Of a DNA stretch of 50,870 nucleotides, positions 30,673 to 39,584 are shown piece by piece; positions within the stretch are counted from its first letter, which is position 1, and each line of letters opens with the position of its first letter. Below the pieces are notes generated by a model. It made no database searches. It saw nothing but the letters and a program-made list of their open reading frames with translations, and had not been told where the DNA came from. A program made the position numbers and the translations under genes. Location: the IMG/VR virus record IMGVR_UViG_2645727821_000011; one strand, written 5' to 3'. The stretch is from a virus. Taxonomy: Duplodnaviria; Heunggongvirae; Uroviricota; Caudoviricetes.

Positions 30673-32262
30673 ATGTCTCAATATTCAATTCAACAGTCAT
30701 TAGGTAATGCATCCGGCGTCGCGGTTAGCCCGATCAATGCCGATGCGACGTTATCTACCGGTGTTGCATTAAATAGCAGCTTGTGGGCTGGTATTGGCGT
30801 ATTTGCGCGTGGCAAGCCGTTTACTGTTCTGGCGGTTACTGAGTCCAATTACGAAGATGTTCTCGGCGAACCGCTGAAGCCGTCTTCCGGCTCACAGTTC
30901 GAACCAATTCGTCATGTGTACGAAGCTATTCAGCAAACGTCTGGTTATGTTGTTCGTGCTGTTCCGGATGATGCGAAGTTCCCGATTATTATGTTCGATG
31001 AATCAGGCGAACCGGCTTACAGTGCGTTGCCATACGGTTCTGAAATTGAACTTGATAGTGGCGAAGCCTTTGCTATCTACGTTGATGATGGTGATCCGTG
31101 TATTTCACCTACCCGTGAGTTAACCATCGAAACGGCAACAGCGGATAGCGCGGGTAATGAACGCTTCCTCTTAAAACTGACCCAGACGACTTCGCTCGGC
31201 GTGGTAACGACCCTGGAGACACACACTGTATCTTTGGCGGAAGAAGCGAAAGATGACATGGGCCGCTTGTGTTATCTGCCTACGGCTCTGGAAGCCCGTT
31301 CTAAATATCTGCGCGCGGTTGTTAATGAAGAGCTGATTTCGACGGCGAAAGTAACAAATAAAAAATCGCTGGCGTTCACTGGTGGTACCAACGGTGATCA
31401 GTCGAAAATCTCAACCGCTGCGTACCTACGTGCGGTTAAAGTGCTGAATAATGCGCCGTACATGTACACCGCTGTTCTTGGCCTGGGCTGCTATGACAAT
31501 GCGGCTATCACCGCATTAGGTAAAATCTGTGCAGATCGCCTGATTGATGGCTTCTTTGATGTCAAACCGACATTGACGTACACGGAAGCGATCTCTGCTG
31601 TTGAAGATACCGGTTTACTTGGTACCGATTATGTAAGCTGTGCTGTCTATCACTTCCCGTTCTCCTGCAAAGACAAATGGACCCAATCCCGTGTGGTCTT
31701 CGGTCTGTCTGGCGCGGCGTATGCGGCGAAAGCTCGCGGCGTCAAGAAAAACTCTGATGTCGGCGGTTGGCATTACTCACCGGCTGGTGAAGAACGTGCC
31801 GTCATTGCTCGTGCGTCAATTCAACCGCTGTATCCGGAAGATACCCCGGACGAAGAAGCAATGGTCAAGGGCCATCTCAATAAAGTATCTGTTGGCACCT
31901 CTGGCCAGATGATCATCGACGATGCTTTAACTTGCTGCACGCAGGATAACTATCTGCACTTCCAGCACGTCCCATCCCTGATGAATGCAATCAGCCGTTT
32001 CTTTGTCCAGTTAGCCCGACAGATGAAGCATAGCCCGGACGGTATTACTGCGGCTGGCCTGACTAAAGGGATGACCAAACTTTTAGATCGCTTTGTCGCC
32101 TCCGGCGCTCTGGTGGCTCCTCGTGATCCTGATGCTGACGGTACAGAACCGTATGTGCTGAAAGTTACGCAGGCGGAATTCGATAAATGGGAAGTAGTCT
32201 GGGCCTGCTGCCCGACTGGCGTAGCCCGTCGTATCCAGGGCGTACCGCTGCTTATTAAGTAA
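30673..32262 (+). CDS. contractile tail sheath protein (529 aa; P1 gene 22 position)
   Basis: size and composition typical of sheath; AGGGAAAG RBS. Confidence 0.65.
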   Translation: MSQYSIQQSLGNASGVAVSPINADATLSTGVALNSSLWAGIGVFARGKPFTVLAVTESNYEDVLGEPLKPSSGSQFEPIRHVYEAIQQTSGYVVRAVPDDAKFPIIMFDESGEPAYSALPYGSEIELDSGEAFAIYVDDGDPCISPTRELTIETATADSAGNERFLLKLTQTTSLGVVTTLETHTVSLAEEAKDDMGRLCYLPTALEARSKYLRAVVNEELISTAKVTNKKSLAFTGGTNGDQSKISTAAYLRAVKVLNNAPYMYTAVLGLGCYDNAAITALGKICADRLIDGFFDVKPTLTYTEAISAVEDTGLLGTDYVSCAVYHFPFSCKDKWTQSRVVFGLSGAAYAAKARGVKKNSDVGGWHYSPAGEERAVIARASIQPLYPEDTPDEEAMVKGHLNKVSVGTSGQMIIDDALTCCTQDNYLHFQHVPSLMNAISRFFVQLARQMKHSPDGITAAGLTKGMTKLLDRFVASGALVAPRDPDADGTEPYVLKVTQAEFDKWEVVWACCPTGVARRIQGVPLLIK

Positions 32263-32271
32263 GGGAATACA

Positions 32272-33087
32272 ATGAGCAAAAACTTTTTTCAATCCGGGGC
32301 ATTTTTGGGGAATGGACTGTCCCGTTTCGCTTTGAACTCTGATCCTGTGCAGCTGATGGAGTCTGCCCGAGCAAGCGCCGAACCGCCAACAGATCCGGTT
32401 ATTAATAATAATCCGGAACCGGCGGCACAGACTAACGATAACGTTCCATCTGCCCCGGCTCCTGAGCAAATCCTGGAAGGGAAAGACGGTAAAGAATGGA
32501 CCGTCGAACAGGCGCACCAGATGATTCTGGAAGCTGCAAATCGAAGTGCTATGCAGAATGCGTTGAGTGATGCGGCCGACGCCGTTTTCGCCTGGGCTGA
32601 TAGCGGTGATCTGACTTTCGACTCCCTTGATGGTTTCGTTCAGGCTATCGCTGGTATCTCTGATGACGACGACGCCGAAGTTACAGAAGAACAGGACGAT
32701 GCCTATAACGAAGCATGGGCAAATGTTGCTGACTTCCTCGCAGCATGCGGTGTAGATGATGACCTGATCGAAGCACTGGCTGACGATGAAGACGACGACG
32801 CAGCCGCTGATGTTGGTGCCTCTATCGCTGGTTTAGATAGCGACGACCGTGACGAACTGGAAGCGGCGTTTGTTGTAGCTGGCACTTCTGATGAAATGCT
32901 GACTGAAGCATTTAAGAAGGTTGTTCGTAACGGTGAGATCAAACTCATCCGTAAACGCCTGCGTAAAAAACGTCTGACTGCGGCTCAAAAATCGGCGCTG
33001 AAAAAAGCGCGTCGAAAAGCCCAGACCGGCGCGGCAAAACTTGCCCGCAAAAAGTCAATGAAACTGCGCCGTAAGCGCCTTGGCTAA
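32272..33087 (+). CDS. acidic structural protein with Lys/Arg-rich C-terminal tail (271 aa)
   Basis: ORF with AAGGGAA RBS. Confidence 0.55.
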   Translation: MSKNFFQSGAFLGNGLSRFALNSDPVQLMESARASAEPPTDPVINNNPEPAAQTNDNVPSAPAPEQILEGKDGKEWTVEQAHQMILEAANRSAMQNALSDAADAVFAWADSGDLTFDSLDGFVQAIAGISDDDDAEVTEEQDDAYNEAWANVADFLAACGVDDDLIEALADDEDDDAAADVGASIAGLDSDDRDELEAAFVVAGTSDEMLTEAFKKVVRNGEIKLIRKRLRKKRLTAAQKSALKKARRKAQTGAAKLARKKSMKLRRKRLG

Positions 33088-33122
33088 AGGAGGAGGCCGG
33101 AGAACTCCGGCCTTTAACTTGA

Positions 33123-33704
33123 ATGGCACCTATACCTTATGGGGTTTACAGCCAGGCTGACGGTGTATCGCCATTTCTGAAAGTTACTTTAACGAACTCT
33201 CAGTACCAGGTTACCGGATATATCAGCCAGGGGGCAGCAATGAATATGGCCCAGAATTGGGAAGCGCCGTTTACCGGTATGTCCATGGGGTCTGTTGCTG
33301 GTGCTTTCAGTGGTTTTGCGCAGGTTGGTACTGAAACAACGTCGGTGGCCCGTTGGAACAGCTTAATGGTTTGGGAGGGGGGAACACCGCCGACTTTCAC
33401 GCTGCCAGTAACTTTCATCGCTTTGTTTGACCCATTCACGGAGGTTTCAGGAGCTATCGCCGCATTGTCAGCGATGATTAGCCCGGAACTTAAAGATGCC
33501 AGTATTGGTGGTCGAATCCCGGAGCGTGTGACGCTAAACATTGGTCGCCGGATCAACATCATTGATGTCGCTATCCAGGACATAAGTTTCGATCTCGATG
33601 CGCCCAGGGACAGCAATGGGCATTTCCTGAAAAACACCGTCAACCTCCAGTTGACCGGTTCTTCGATATATAACAGCTCCGATATTGTTCGGGCGTTCCA
33701 GTAA
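33123..33704 (+). CDS. tail tube-like / baseplate tube-type protein (193 aa)
   Basis: ORF; composition resembles myovirus tube family. Confidence 0.5.
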   Translation: MAPIPYGVYSQADGVSPFLKVTLTNSQYQVTGYISQGAAMNMAQNWEAPFTGMSMGSVAGAFSGFAQVGTETTSVARWNSLMVWEGGTPPTFTLPVTFIALFDPFTEVSGAIAALSAMISPELKDASIGGRIPERVTLNIGRRINIIDVAIQDISFDLDAPRDSNGHFLKNTVNLQLTGSSIYNSSDIVRAFQ

Positions 33705-33715
33705 AAGGATTTTAT

Positions 33716-34225
33716 ATGGGGCACAATAACACTAAGGGAAACCGTAAATTTATTAAGGGCCGCTATACTGCCAACGCGGCCAAAGGCGAACGACTGGTAT
33801 CTTCTGAATTCCAGCTCACTTTTGCAGGCCATGAAGATATCAGCGTACTGGTTCGCACGTCGCAAATTCCTGAAATGACCCGCGAGGATGTGGAGGACTA
33901 TGGTCCGAATGGTGTGAAGTTCAACCAGCACGGACCAATTCGAAACTCTGGGGAAATCCAGGTCCAGTGCGTGGAGACTATCGAAGGCGATATTCTTCAG
34001 TTCATCAAGGATCGCATTGCGGCGAAGGACTATGTTGATATCACGATGGCTGCTACCCCTGAATCCAAATCTTCCGGGGTTAACGCTGTAACAAAAGCTG
34101 CTACAACAATTGAAATGTTGGACTGCAAAATCTACAGTGATGCAATCGACTTTAGTACCGAAGATGTGACTGCCGCTGTGCGCCCGTCACTTCGTATCGT
34201 CTACAACTGGATTGAGTGGGATTAA
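33716..34225 (+). CDS. tail tube-like protein (169 aa; T4 gp19-like C-terminus)
   Basis: ORF; C-terminal IVYNWIEWD. Confidence 0.5.
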   Translation: MGHNNTKGNRKFIKGRYTANAAKGERLVSSEFQLTFAGHEDISVLVRTSQIPEMTREDVEDYGPNGVKFNQHGPIRNSGEIQVQCVETIEGDILQFIKDRIAAKDYVDITMAATPESKSSGVNAVTKAATTIEMLDCKIYSDAIDFSTEDVTAAVRPSLRIVYNWIEWD

Positions 34226-34244
34226 GAGTCATCCCTTGTATTTT

Positions 34245-34270
34245 AAAGCTCCTTCGGGAGCTTTTTTATT
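34245..34270. terminator. bidirectional intrinsic terminator
   Basis: AAAGCTCC-TTCG-GGAGCTTT then TTTTATT. Confidence 0.55.
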
Positions 34271-34341
34271 TGGAGATGAAAGGGTGCATTGAGGATACCT
34301 GACACACTAAGAGTGGCGGAGATCTCTCCCCGCCAGGTCTC

Positions 34342-34497
34342 TTACCTTTCAGATTCGTAGGCTGTGAAGACAGTGACCTCCGTCTGGCCGGTTCGGATTC
34401 GTACCTCGCAGAGGTCTTTCCTCGTTACCAGTGCCGTCACAATGACGGTTAAACAGATGACGATCAGAGCGATTAACATCGCTTTTTGCTGCTTCAT
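34342..34497 (-). CDS. hok: Hok/Gef-family type I toxin (51 aa) MKQQKAMLIALIVICLTVIVTALVTRKDLCEVRIRTGQTEVTVFTAYESER
   Basis: near-identical to E. coli HokD/RelF as I recall it. Confidence 0.7.
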   Translation of the reverse strand: MKQQKAMLIALIVICLTVIVTALVTRKDLCEVRIRTGQTEVTVFTAYESER

Positions 34498-34555
34498 AGC
34501 CTGCTTCTCCTTGACCTTTTGGTCGGTAAGAGGCTAATCTACGTATGCTAAGCAT
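34349..34555 (-). CDS. mok-like overlapping leader ORF of the hok locus
   Basis: 68-aa ORF starting upstream of hok and overlapping it out of frame. Confidence 0.4.
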   Translation of the reverse strand: MLSIRRLASYRPKGQGEAGYEAAKSDVNRSDRHLFNRHCDGTGNEERPLRGTNPNRPDGGHCLHSLRI

Positions 34556-34620
34556 AGATATGGCCTCAGATTAATGTTAAGCGTCTTGCAGGACGCGTAA
34601 TGTTATCTGGGGCTTTCTTC
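34545..34620 (+). ncRNA. expected position of a Sok-like antisense RNA opposite the mok start (not delimited)
   Basis: hok-family architecture; TTGACC -35-like element at 34516; boundaries are guesses. Confidence 0.2.
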
Positions 34621-34678
34621 TATCTGCTTTTCGGGTAATGCCTGAAGCAGATAGCCTCAAGCACCCGCAACGATTGTA

Positions 34679-34924
34679 TCAATGTCTGGCTTTTTTTCTA
34701 TAGAAATCACCTGGAAGGGTGAATATCCACATCAGAAGAAATGTTGCAGCAAACATGATCCCTAATGGCCAGACCGCGCCAAAGAAAATCCATACTAAGA
34801 TCTCCTCTGCTCGTTCTTTGCGGTCGATATCGACAAGCATTTTTCGGCTGATCATGTATACACAGAAGCCAATACAAACATATCCTGCAAAAGCGATCGC
34901 TAACTGTAAAAAATCAGATTGCAT
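34679..34924 (-). CDS. small two-helix membrane protein (82 aa)
   Basis: ATG with GAGGT RBS; hydrophobic segments. Confidence 0.4.
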   Translation of the reverse strand: MQSDFLQLAIAFAGYVCIGFCVYMISRKMLVDIDRKERAEEILVWIFFGAVWPLGIMFAATFLLMWIFTLPGDFYRKKARH

Positions 34925-34974
34925 CTCCGACCTCAAACTGAAAACGCCAGGTGACTCCAGATTAGAGCAATCTA

Positions 34975-35820
34975 TCACCCTCTGAATCCTGCCGGTATAC
35001 CCCATTGTTCGTTATCTTTATTTTTGGCTAAAACCGCATTAAGAGCTTCGTTTACCGTCATGCAATGCGGCAGATTATCGAAGTTTGATATCCCGCCAAT
35101 ATCAGGAGAACGCTTGTCCTTCAGGTAAGCATATTTCCGCGCTGCCGCCTCTACTTTCTGCTTGAACTCATGTTTTTGAGCGCGTTTTTTGGATAACCGC
35201 AGATTGTCAGCCTTTGCTTTTGCCTCAGCGATCCATGAAGTCAATTTTTTGAGTCTGGTCGTTCCGGCACCGCCGGAAACTGATCTTTTTGTTTTTTTAA
35301 CTTGTGACTTCTTATTCTTTATTGCCACGTCATCCTGACAGGGGGAGGGGGTATCATTTTGACATGGGGGTGTGGATAAAAAATTAAATAAAGCCAATGT
35401 CTTAGCGAGAACAGCTTTAACCTTGGTTGCCGCTGAAGAGATCTTTAATTTGCTTTCAATCAGCGCATTTTTGGCTTGTTGTGCGAAGGCCAAAAAGGAT
35501 GGTGTAAACCGGTACAGGTTAGCGCGACGTTCACGGTGATCGCCGATAACAATCTCTACAGACAGGATTCCTTTGTTTACAGCTTCACGGAATGCACGAA
35601 CGACGGTTGATTGGCTATAACCAGTTTCTGCCGCGATCAGGCGGTGAGGCTTGTGAATGAAGTATTCACTGGTTGTTGCCGCGAGATTTGCACATTGCGA
35701 CAGGATATGCCAGGCGCTACGGGATAGACCGGAGTGTGTTACAAAGCAGGCCAATTCATAGCCAGAAAAAGTAAAATCGCTCATCGTTATACAGCTCAGG
35801 AAAGTGACTTTAGCCAGCAT
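34975..35820 (-). CDS. repL: lytic replication initiator RepL (contains oriL)
   Basis: recognised as P1 RepL; downstream of kilA. Confidence 0.8.
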   Translation of the reverse strand: MLAKVTFLSCITMSDFTFSGYELACFVTHSGLSRSAWHILSQCANLAATTSEYFIHKPHRLIAAETGYSQSTVVRAFREAVNKGILSVEIVIGDHRERRANLYRFTPSFLAFAQQAKNALIESKLKISSAATKVKAVLAKTLALFNFLSTPPCQNDTPSPCQDDVAIKNKKSQVKKTKRSVSGGAGTTRLKKLTSWIAEAKAKADNLRLSKKRAQKHEFKQKVEAAARKYAYLKDKRSPDIGGISNFDNLPHCMTVNEALNAVLAKNKDNEQWGIPAGFRG

Positions 35821-35849
35821 TACAATGCTGGTGGTTCTTACTACGTCTG

Positions 35850-36650
35850 TTAGCGCGTTGCCGCGACAGGTACCAGCACACCAGCATCAAGCAATCGCTT
35901 CATCAGCCACTGCTGACCCTTGCCGGTTATACGAGTCGTGAAAGAAATCCTGCTTCCATTGCTTGTATCGATCACGGTTTCTTTAAGGGTGAAATACCCA
36001 CGGGATATGTATTCTTGTTTGGGGACGTTCCTGCGTTCACCGGTTGCGATCAGAATTCCGTTATCACGCAACCAGGTGAAGAGATAGTTTTGGCCCAGGC
36101 CGAGCACTTTGGCATAGTTGCCGATTAGAACCCCGCTGGCGGTAGCAACGCGTTCGGCGAATTCGACTTTAGGTGCATCCATAAGCATTTTTTGCTCCAG
36201 CCGTTGCTTTTGCTCTGCCAGGTCGGCAGCCAAACGGAGAGCTTCAGGGAGACTCTGCGGAATAGCAGGTTGTAATCTTCCGGCTCGATAGTCGATAAAT
36301 GTCTGGTTTACCTTCAGCCGAAACGCGGGAGAAATCCAGCCTGCGTACTCCACAGCGAGCAATTCATGGGCAAAAGTGCCGCCGCCACGGCCTTCGAACG
36401 AAACTATGCAATTCTGCATAGTTTCTTTTTCAAGCTCTTCGATGAGCTGTTTTGCTGACAGCGTTCTTAGCCATTGAGCTGGCGCTTTATGGGCACCGAG
36501 TCCGCTCGCTCTGTGTAGAGCATTAAGGTTGTAACGGCCAGCGCGGTCGGTCGTAATTTCAACACCACAAATAACGGGCAGAGTGGTTGAAGGATCGACA
36601 TTTTGATGAAGGTTTGATATATTCATATCCGCATTGAATGTTTGTTGCAT
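35850..36650 (-). CDS. kilA: KilA (KilA-N domain with antirepressor-like C-terminus)
   Basis: C-terminal half paralogous to Ant C-terminus. Confidence 0.8.
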   Translation of the reverse strand: MQQTFNADMNISNLHQNVDPSTTLPVICGVEITTDRAGRYNLNALHRASGLGAHKAPAQWLRTLSAKQLIEELEKETMQNCIVSFEGRGGGTFAHELLAVEYAGWISPAFRLKVNQTFIDYRAGRLQPAIPQSLPEALRLAADLAEQKQRLEQKMLMDAPKVEFAERVATASGVLIGNYAKVLGLGQNYLFTWLRDNGILIATGERRNVPKQEYISRGYFTLKETVIDTSNGSRISFTTRITGKGQQWLMKRLLDAGVLVPVAATR

Positions 36651-36720
36651 TTTTTCTCCAAATTTGCATCAACCTTCAATCACCAGCTCGAAATGGTGAT
36701 TCTTTGCACTTAGAAAACGA

Positions 36721-36737
36721 AATTTATTAGAGCAAAT
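36721..36737 (-). promoter_or_regulatory. C1 operator-like site ATTTGCTCTAATAAATT upstream of kilA-repL
   Basis: consensus core match. Confidence 0.55.
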
Positions 36738-36814
36738 TTTTCTGACTCGATCCAGATCGGGTTGGACGATCTGCTCAGAAACCTGCCAGTTTGCTGGCAG
36801 GTTTTTTTCTTTTG

Positions 36815-37852
36815 TTAACCTATTGCTACTGGTTTTAACAAACCAGCATCAAGTAGCTTGCGAGTTAACCACTGCTGGCCTTTACCCGTTAATTGGGGCG
36901 TCAGCCGTATCTGGTAGCCATTTTCATCATCCAGCACCACTTCTTTCACCGTGAAATACCCGGCGTTGATGTACTGTTGGCGCGGTACGTTTTTGCGCGC
37001 ACCAAAAGCCATGAGAATGCCGTTCTGGCGCAACCATGAGAAAAGGGCGTTTTGCTTAAGTCCAACGACCTTTGCAAAGTTCCCGATCAGGATTCCATTA
37101 GCCACTGATACCCGGTCGGCAAAATCGACTTTAGGGGCTGCGGCCACCAGCTGTTGTTCCAGCTGCATTTTCTGTTCTGCCAACTCGGCAGCCAGGCGTA
37201 GAGCTTCTGGTAATGTTTGGGGGATCGATGGGGCAGGGGAGTTTGCCTGCTGCAATTCTTCCAGTTTGTCGATCAGCGAACGGCGGACCGCTTTTGACTC
37301 GCGCGCGGCGACTCGCAGGGCTTGTTTGAAAGTCATGGTTATGACAAGCATTGATGTTTTGTTCATTTTTTCCACTACACTTTTTGTGTAGTGCTCACCA
37401 TCAAGCTCATCGAGTATTTTTTCGATGAATTTGTTGTTCCGAACCTCTGGTTCCCCACATAACTTACGCGCTTCATTGACCATCTTTAACAGTGTCAGGC
37501 TGTCGATTGTGTCTCCGGTGTTGGAGATAACATTCACTGCTGGTGATGGCGTAGCTGAAGCAACAGGTGCTGGTTTTTCAACATTCAAATTATTACCGGT
37601 CATTCTGCGCGCCTCCTTTCTCATTTCTGCTGCCACTGTTGCGTAACGTAGACGTCCTTGTTCAATCAAATAATCCCTGATCTCGGCTATCAGTAGCCTG
37701 TTGATCACAGCCTTATCTGTTCGGGTATAAAAACGTCTGGTTATCATGAAATAGTTGGCAATTGCGCCGGGGATCTCCCGTGTCGGCATACAGGTTGTAT
37801 GCAAAGCGATCGCTTCGGCTATTTCATTACGGGTGACGAGAGGTGTTTTCAT
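36815..37852 (-). CDS. ant: antirepressor Ant (Ant1, with internal in-frame start for Ant2)
   Basis: recognised as P1 Ant; ATGA coupling with icd. Confidence 0.8.
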   Translation of the reverse strand: MKTPLVTRNEIAEAIALHTTCMPTREIPGAIANYFMITRRFYTRTDKAVINRLLIAEIRDYLIEQGRLRYATVAAEMRKEARRMTGNNLNVEKPAPVASATPSPAVNVISNTGDTIDSLTLLKMVNEARKLCGEPEVRNNKFIEKILDELDGEHYTKSVVEKMNKTSMLVITMTFKQALRVAARESKAVRRSLIDKLEELQQANSPAPSIPQTLPEALRLAAELAEQKMQLEQQLVAAAPKVDFADRVSVANGILIGNFAKVVGLKQNALFSWLRQNGILMAFGARKNVPRQQYINAGYFTVKEVVLDDENGYQIRLTPQLTGKGQQWLTRKLLDAGLLKPVAIG

Positions 37853-38070
37853 AAACCCCCCTGAACGTTGGCAGAGAAGGGGAGGCTCCAGTAACTAAGT
37901 GAATTGCGCGAGTCAGTTGAAAAACGGGCAGTAAAAATGCAGGGGCCATCAGGCAATTGAGAGCGTGCTTCGTCTTCAGTTGCTGCGATAACGAAGTGAT
38001 AGTGGTGTTTTTTACAGGAATAGAAACGCCAGATGAATTCTGGGCGTGCGCAAGGATTGGCATTAACCAT
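37849..38070 (-). CDS. icd: Icd (73 aa), translationally coupled to ant
   Basis: 73-aa ORF whose stop overlaps the ant start. Confidence 0.6.
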   Translation of the reverse strand: MVNANPCARPEFIWRFYSCKKHHYHFVIAATEDEARSQLPDGPCIFTARFSTDSRNSLSYWSLPFSANVQGGL

Positions 38071-38089
38071 AGTTACGGCCTCACAATCA

Positions 38090-38300
38090 GGTTTAACAAC
38101 CTGCTACCCGCTGCTAAACAGGTGGCAGGACGTGACGGGGTTAGCAGACTGGCGATTGTGAAACCAGCAGGCCGAAGCCTCCCCATCACGCCCCACCATA
38201 ATTTGGGCGTAACGCGGTTTTACGGACACAAAAATACCGCAATATCGGATATCTGCGGCTGTCCGCACAATCATTCAGGCTGCTAAACCCGGTCGCAGAA
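38090..38300 (-). ncRNA. region expected to encode the c4 antisense RNA precursor (not delimited)
   Basis: position between operator and icd; boundaries are guesses. Confidence 0.3.
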
Positions 38301-38384
38301 TTTGCTACGACGGCGGAACTATAAGCCTGAACGATTAAAAGGTCAATATGATGCGAAAAGATAGCATTCGCGACTTAAAAATAC

Positions 38385-38401
38385 AAATCTATTAGAGCAT
38401 T
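38385..38401 (-). promoter_or_regulatory. C1 operator-like site AATGCTCTAATAGATTT upstream of c4-icd-ant
   Basis: 15/17 consensus match. Confidence 0.5.
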
Positions 38402-38497
38402 ATCTGATTGGTAAATACACAACTGGATCTAATAACCTCTTTTTTTTAAAGGCGAAAATATGTACCCTAAATGAGTTATAAGGCAGGTGAGGTTATA

Positions 38498-38989
38498 ATG
38501 AGAAAACTATTACTACCGTTATTATTTATGGCTGGGACTGTTAATGCAGCATCAAGCGTAAAGGAGATTTGTACCGATTATACGAAATACCTTGGGCACG
38601 TTTACGGCTTTGCTGTCAGTCAAGACGAATCCATGCGCAAGAAGTTACTGTCAGATATGAAACGCCTTAAACTTTCTGAAGCGATGGTGCAGCAAGAACT
38701 GTATAAAGTCGTAACCAACGAAAATGCTAAATATCAATATTCTCGCCTATTAAATCCCGACGCAAACGAGATCAATCGAAGCACTTTCGATTATATGGTA
38801 AAGGCATGCGAAACCGCTCCTGATTTTGCTATCCCTAGCTGGGGTGTGCTGGTGGCGAGCAATGCCGTTAATAAAGAAGATGTTGGAAGAAATGGCATTG
38901 ACTCAATAAGAAATGCCCCAGGAATGCGCCATCAAAACGTACAGGGTACGCTTGAAGAACGAGCCAGGGGGCCGGGTGTAGCCCCATAA
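38498..38989 (+). CDS. secreted protein (163 aa with signal peptide) whose C-terminal ~28 aa copy a motif found twice in Sit; sim-like superinfection-exclusion candidate
   Basis: ATG after GGTGAGG; MRKLLLPLLFMAGTVNA signal; C-terminus GIDSIRNAPGMRHQNVQGTLEERARG. Confidence 0.6.
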   Translation: MRKLLLPLLFMAGTVNAASSVKEICTDYTKYLGHVYGFAVSQDESMRKKLLSDMKRLKLSEAMVQQELYKVVTNENAKYQYSRLLNPDANEINRSTFDYMVKACETAPDFAIPSWGVLVASNAVNKEDVGRNGIDSIRNAPGMRHQNVQGTLEERARGPGVAP

Positions 38990-39077
38990 TTTAATAAATA
39001 ATATTAAATTCTCTGGGCATAGTGGATCTAACAATATGGACTATGCCTATAATATCTAAAAACAAAAGGATAAAAAT

Positions 39078-39584
39078 ATGAAATTGTATAAGTCATTGTA
39101 TAGCTTTTTATTAATGTCCTCTTTTCTGCCATTATCAGCAATGGCAGGTTCTACCGTTTGGACGGTAGGAGGTGAGCAAGGGTGGAGAGAAATCGCTGCA
39201 ACCAATGACGATGGTTACACAATTAACTTTTCTTGTGATGCTGGAGCAAGGGAAGGTTCAGAAGATCATATCGCTGGAAGAAATTTGTATGTAAGCGGAG
39301 GAAAAGAGAATGCCGATTTTTCTACACGCGACACAATATCACGTAAAGCAGATGTAATTACTTTAATTGTTGGCCCGGATAGTTTTAATATTGGCACGCA
39401 AAACACTGCTCCTAATCGTAGGGAATGGTATTCATTTTGGAAGGCAGTGTCATCTACAAATGAAAAAAACATAGATGTATATATCGGTTCGAGTCGAATC
39501 ACATCATTCACTCTGGATGGTATTTCCAGTATTTATACAGAAGCTAAAAATGACGGGTGTTTAAAACAAAATGACGGTGAATAA
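39078..39584 (+). CDS. secreted protein (168 aa, signal peptide)
   Basis: MKLYKSLYSFLLMSSFLPLSAMA signal; AT-rich codon usage. Confidence 0.6.
   Translation: MKLYKSLYSFLLMSSFLPLSAMAGSTVWTVGGEQGWREIAATNDDGYTINFSCDAGAREGSEDHIAGRNLYVSGGKENADFSTRDTISRKADVITLIVGPDSFNIGTQNTAPNRREWYSFWKAVSSTNEKNIDVYIGSSRITSFTLDGISSIYTEAKNDGCLKQNDGE

Noticed and set aside
37957-38286. 109-aa ORF on the + strand
   Set aside because: Antisense to icd and the c4 region with no ribosome-binding site.
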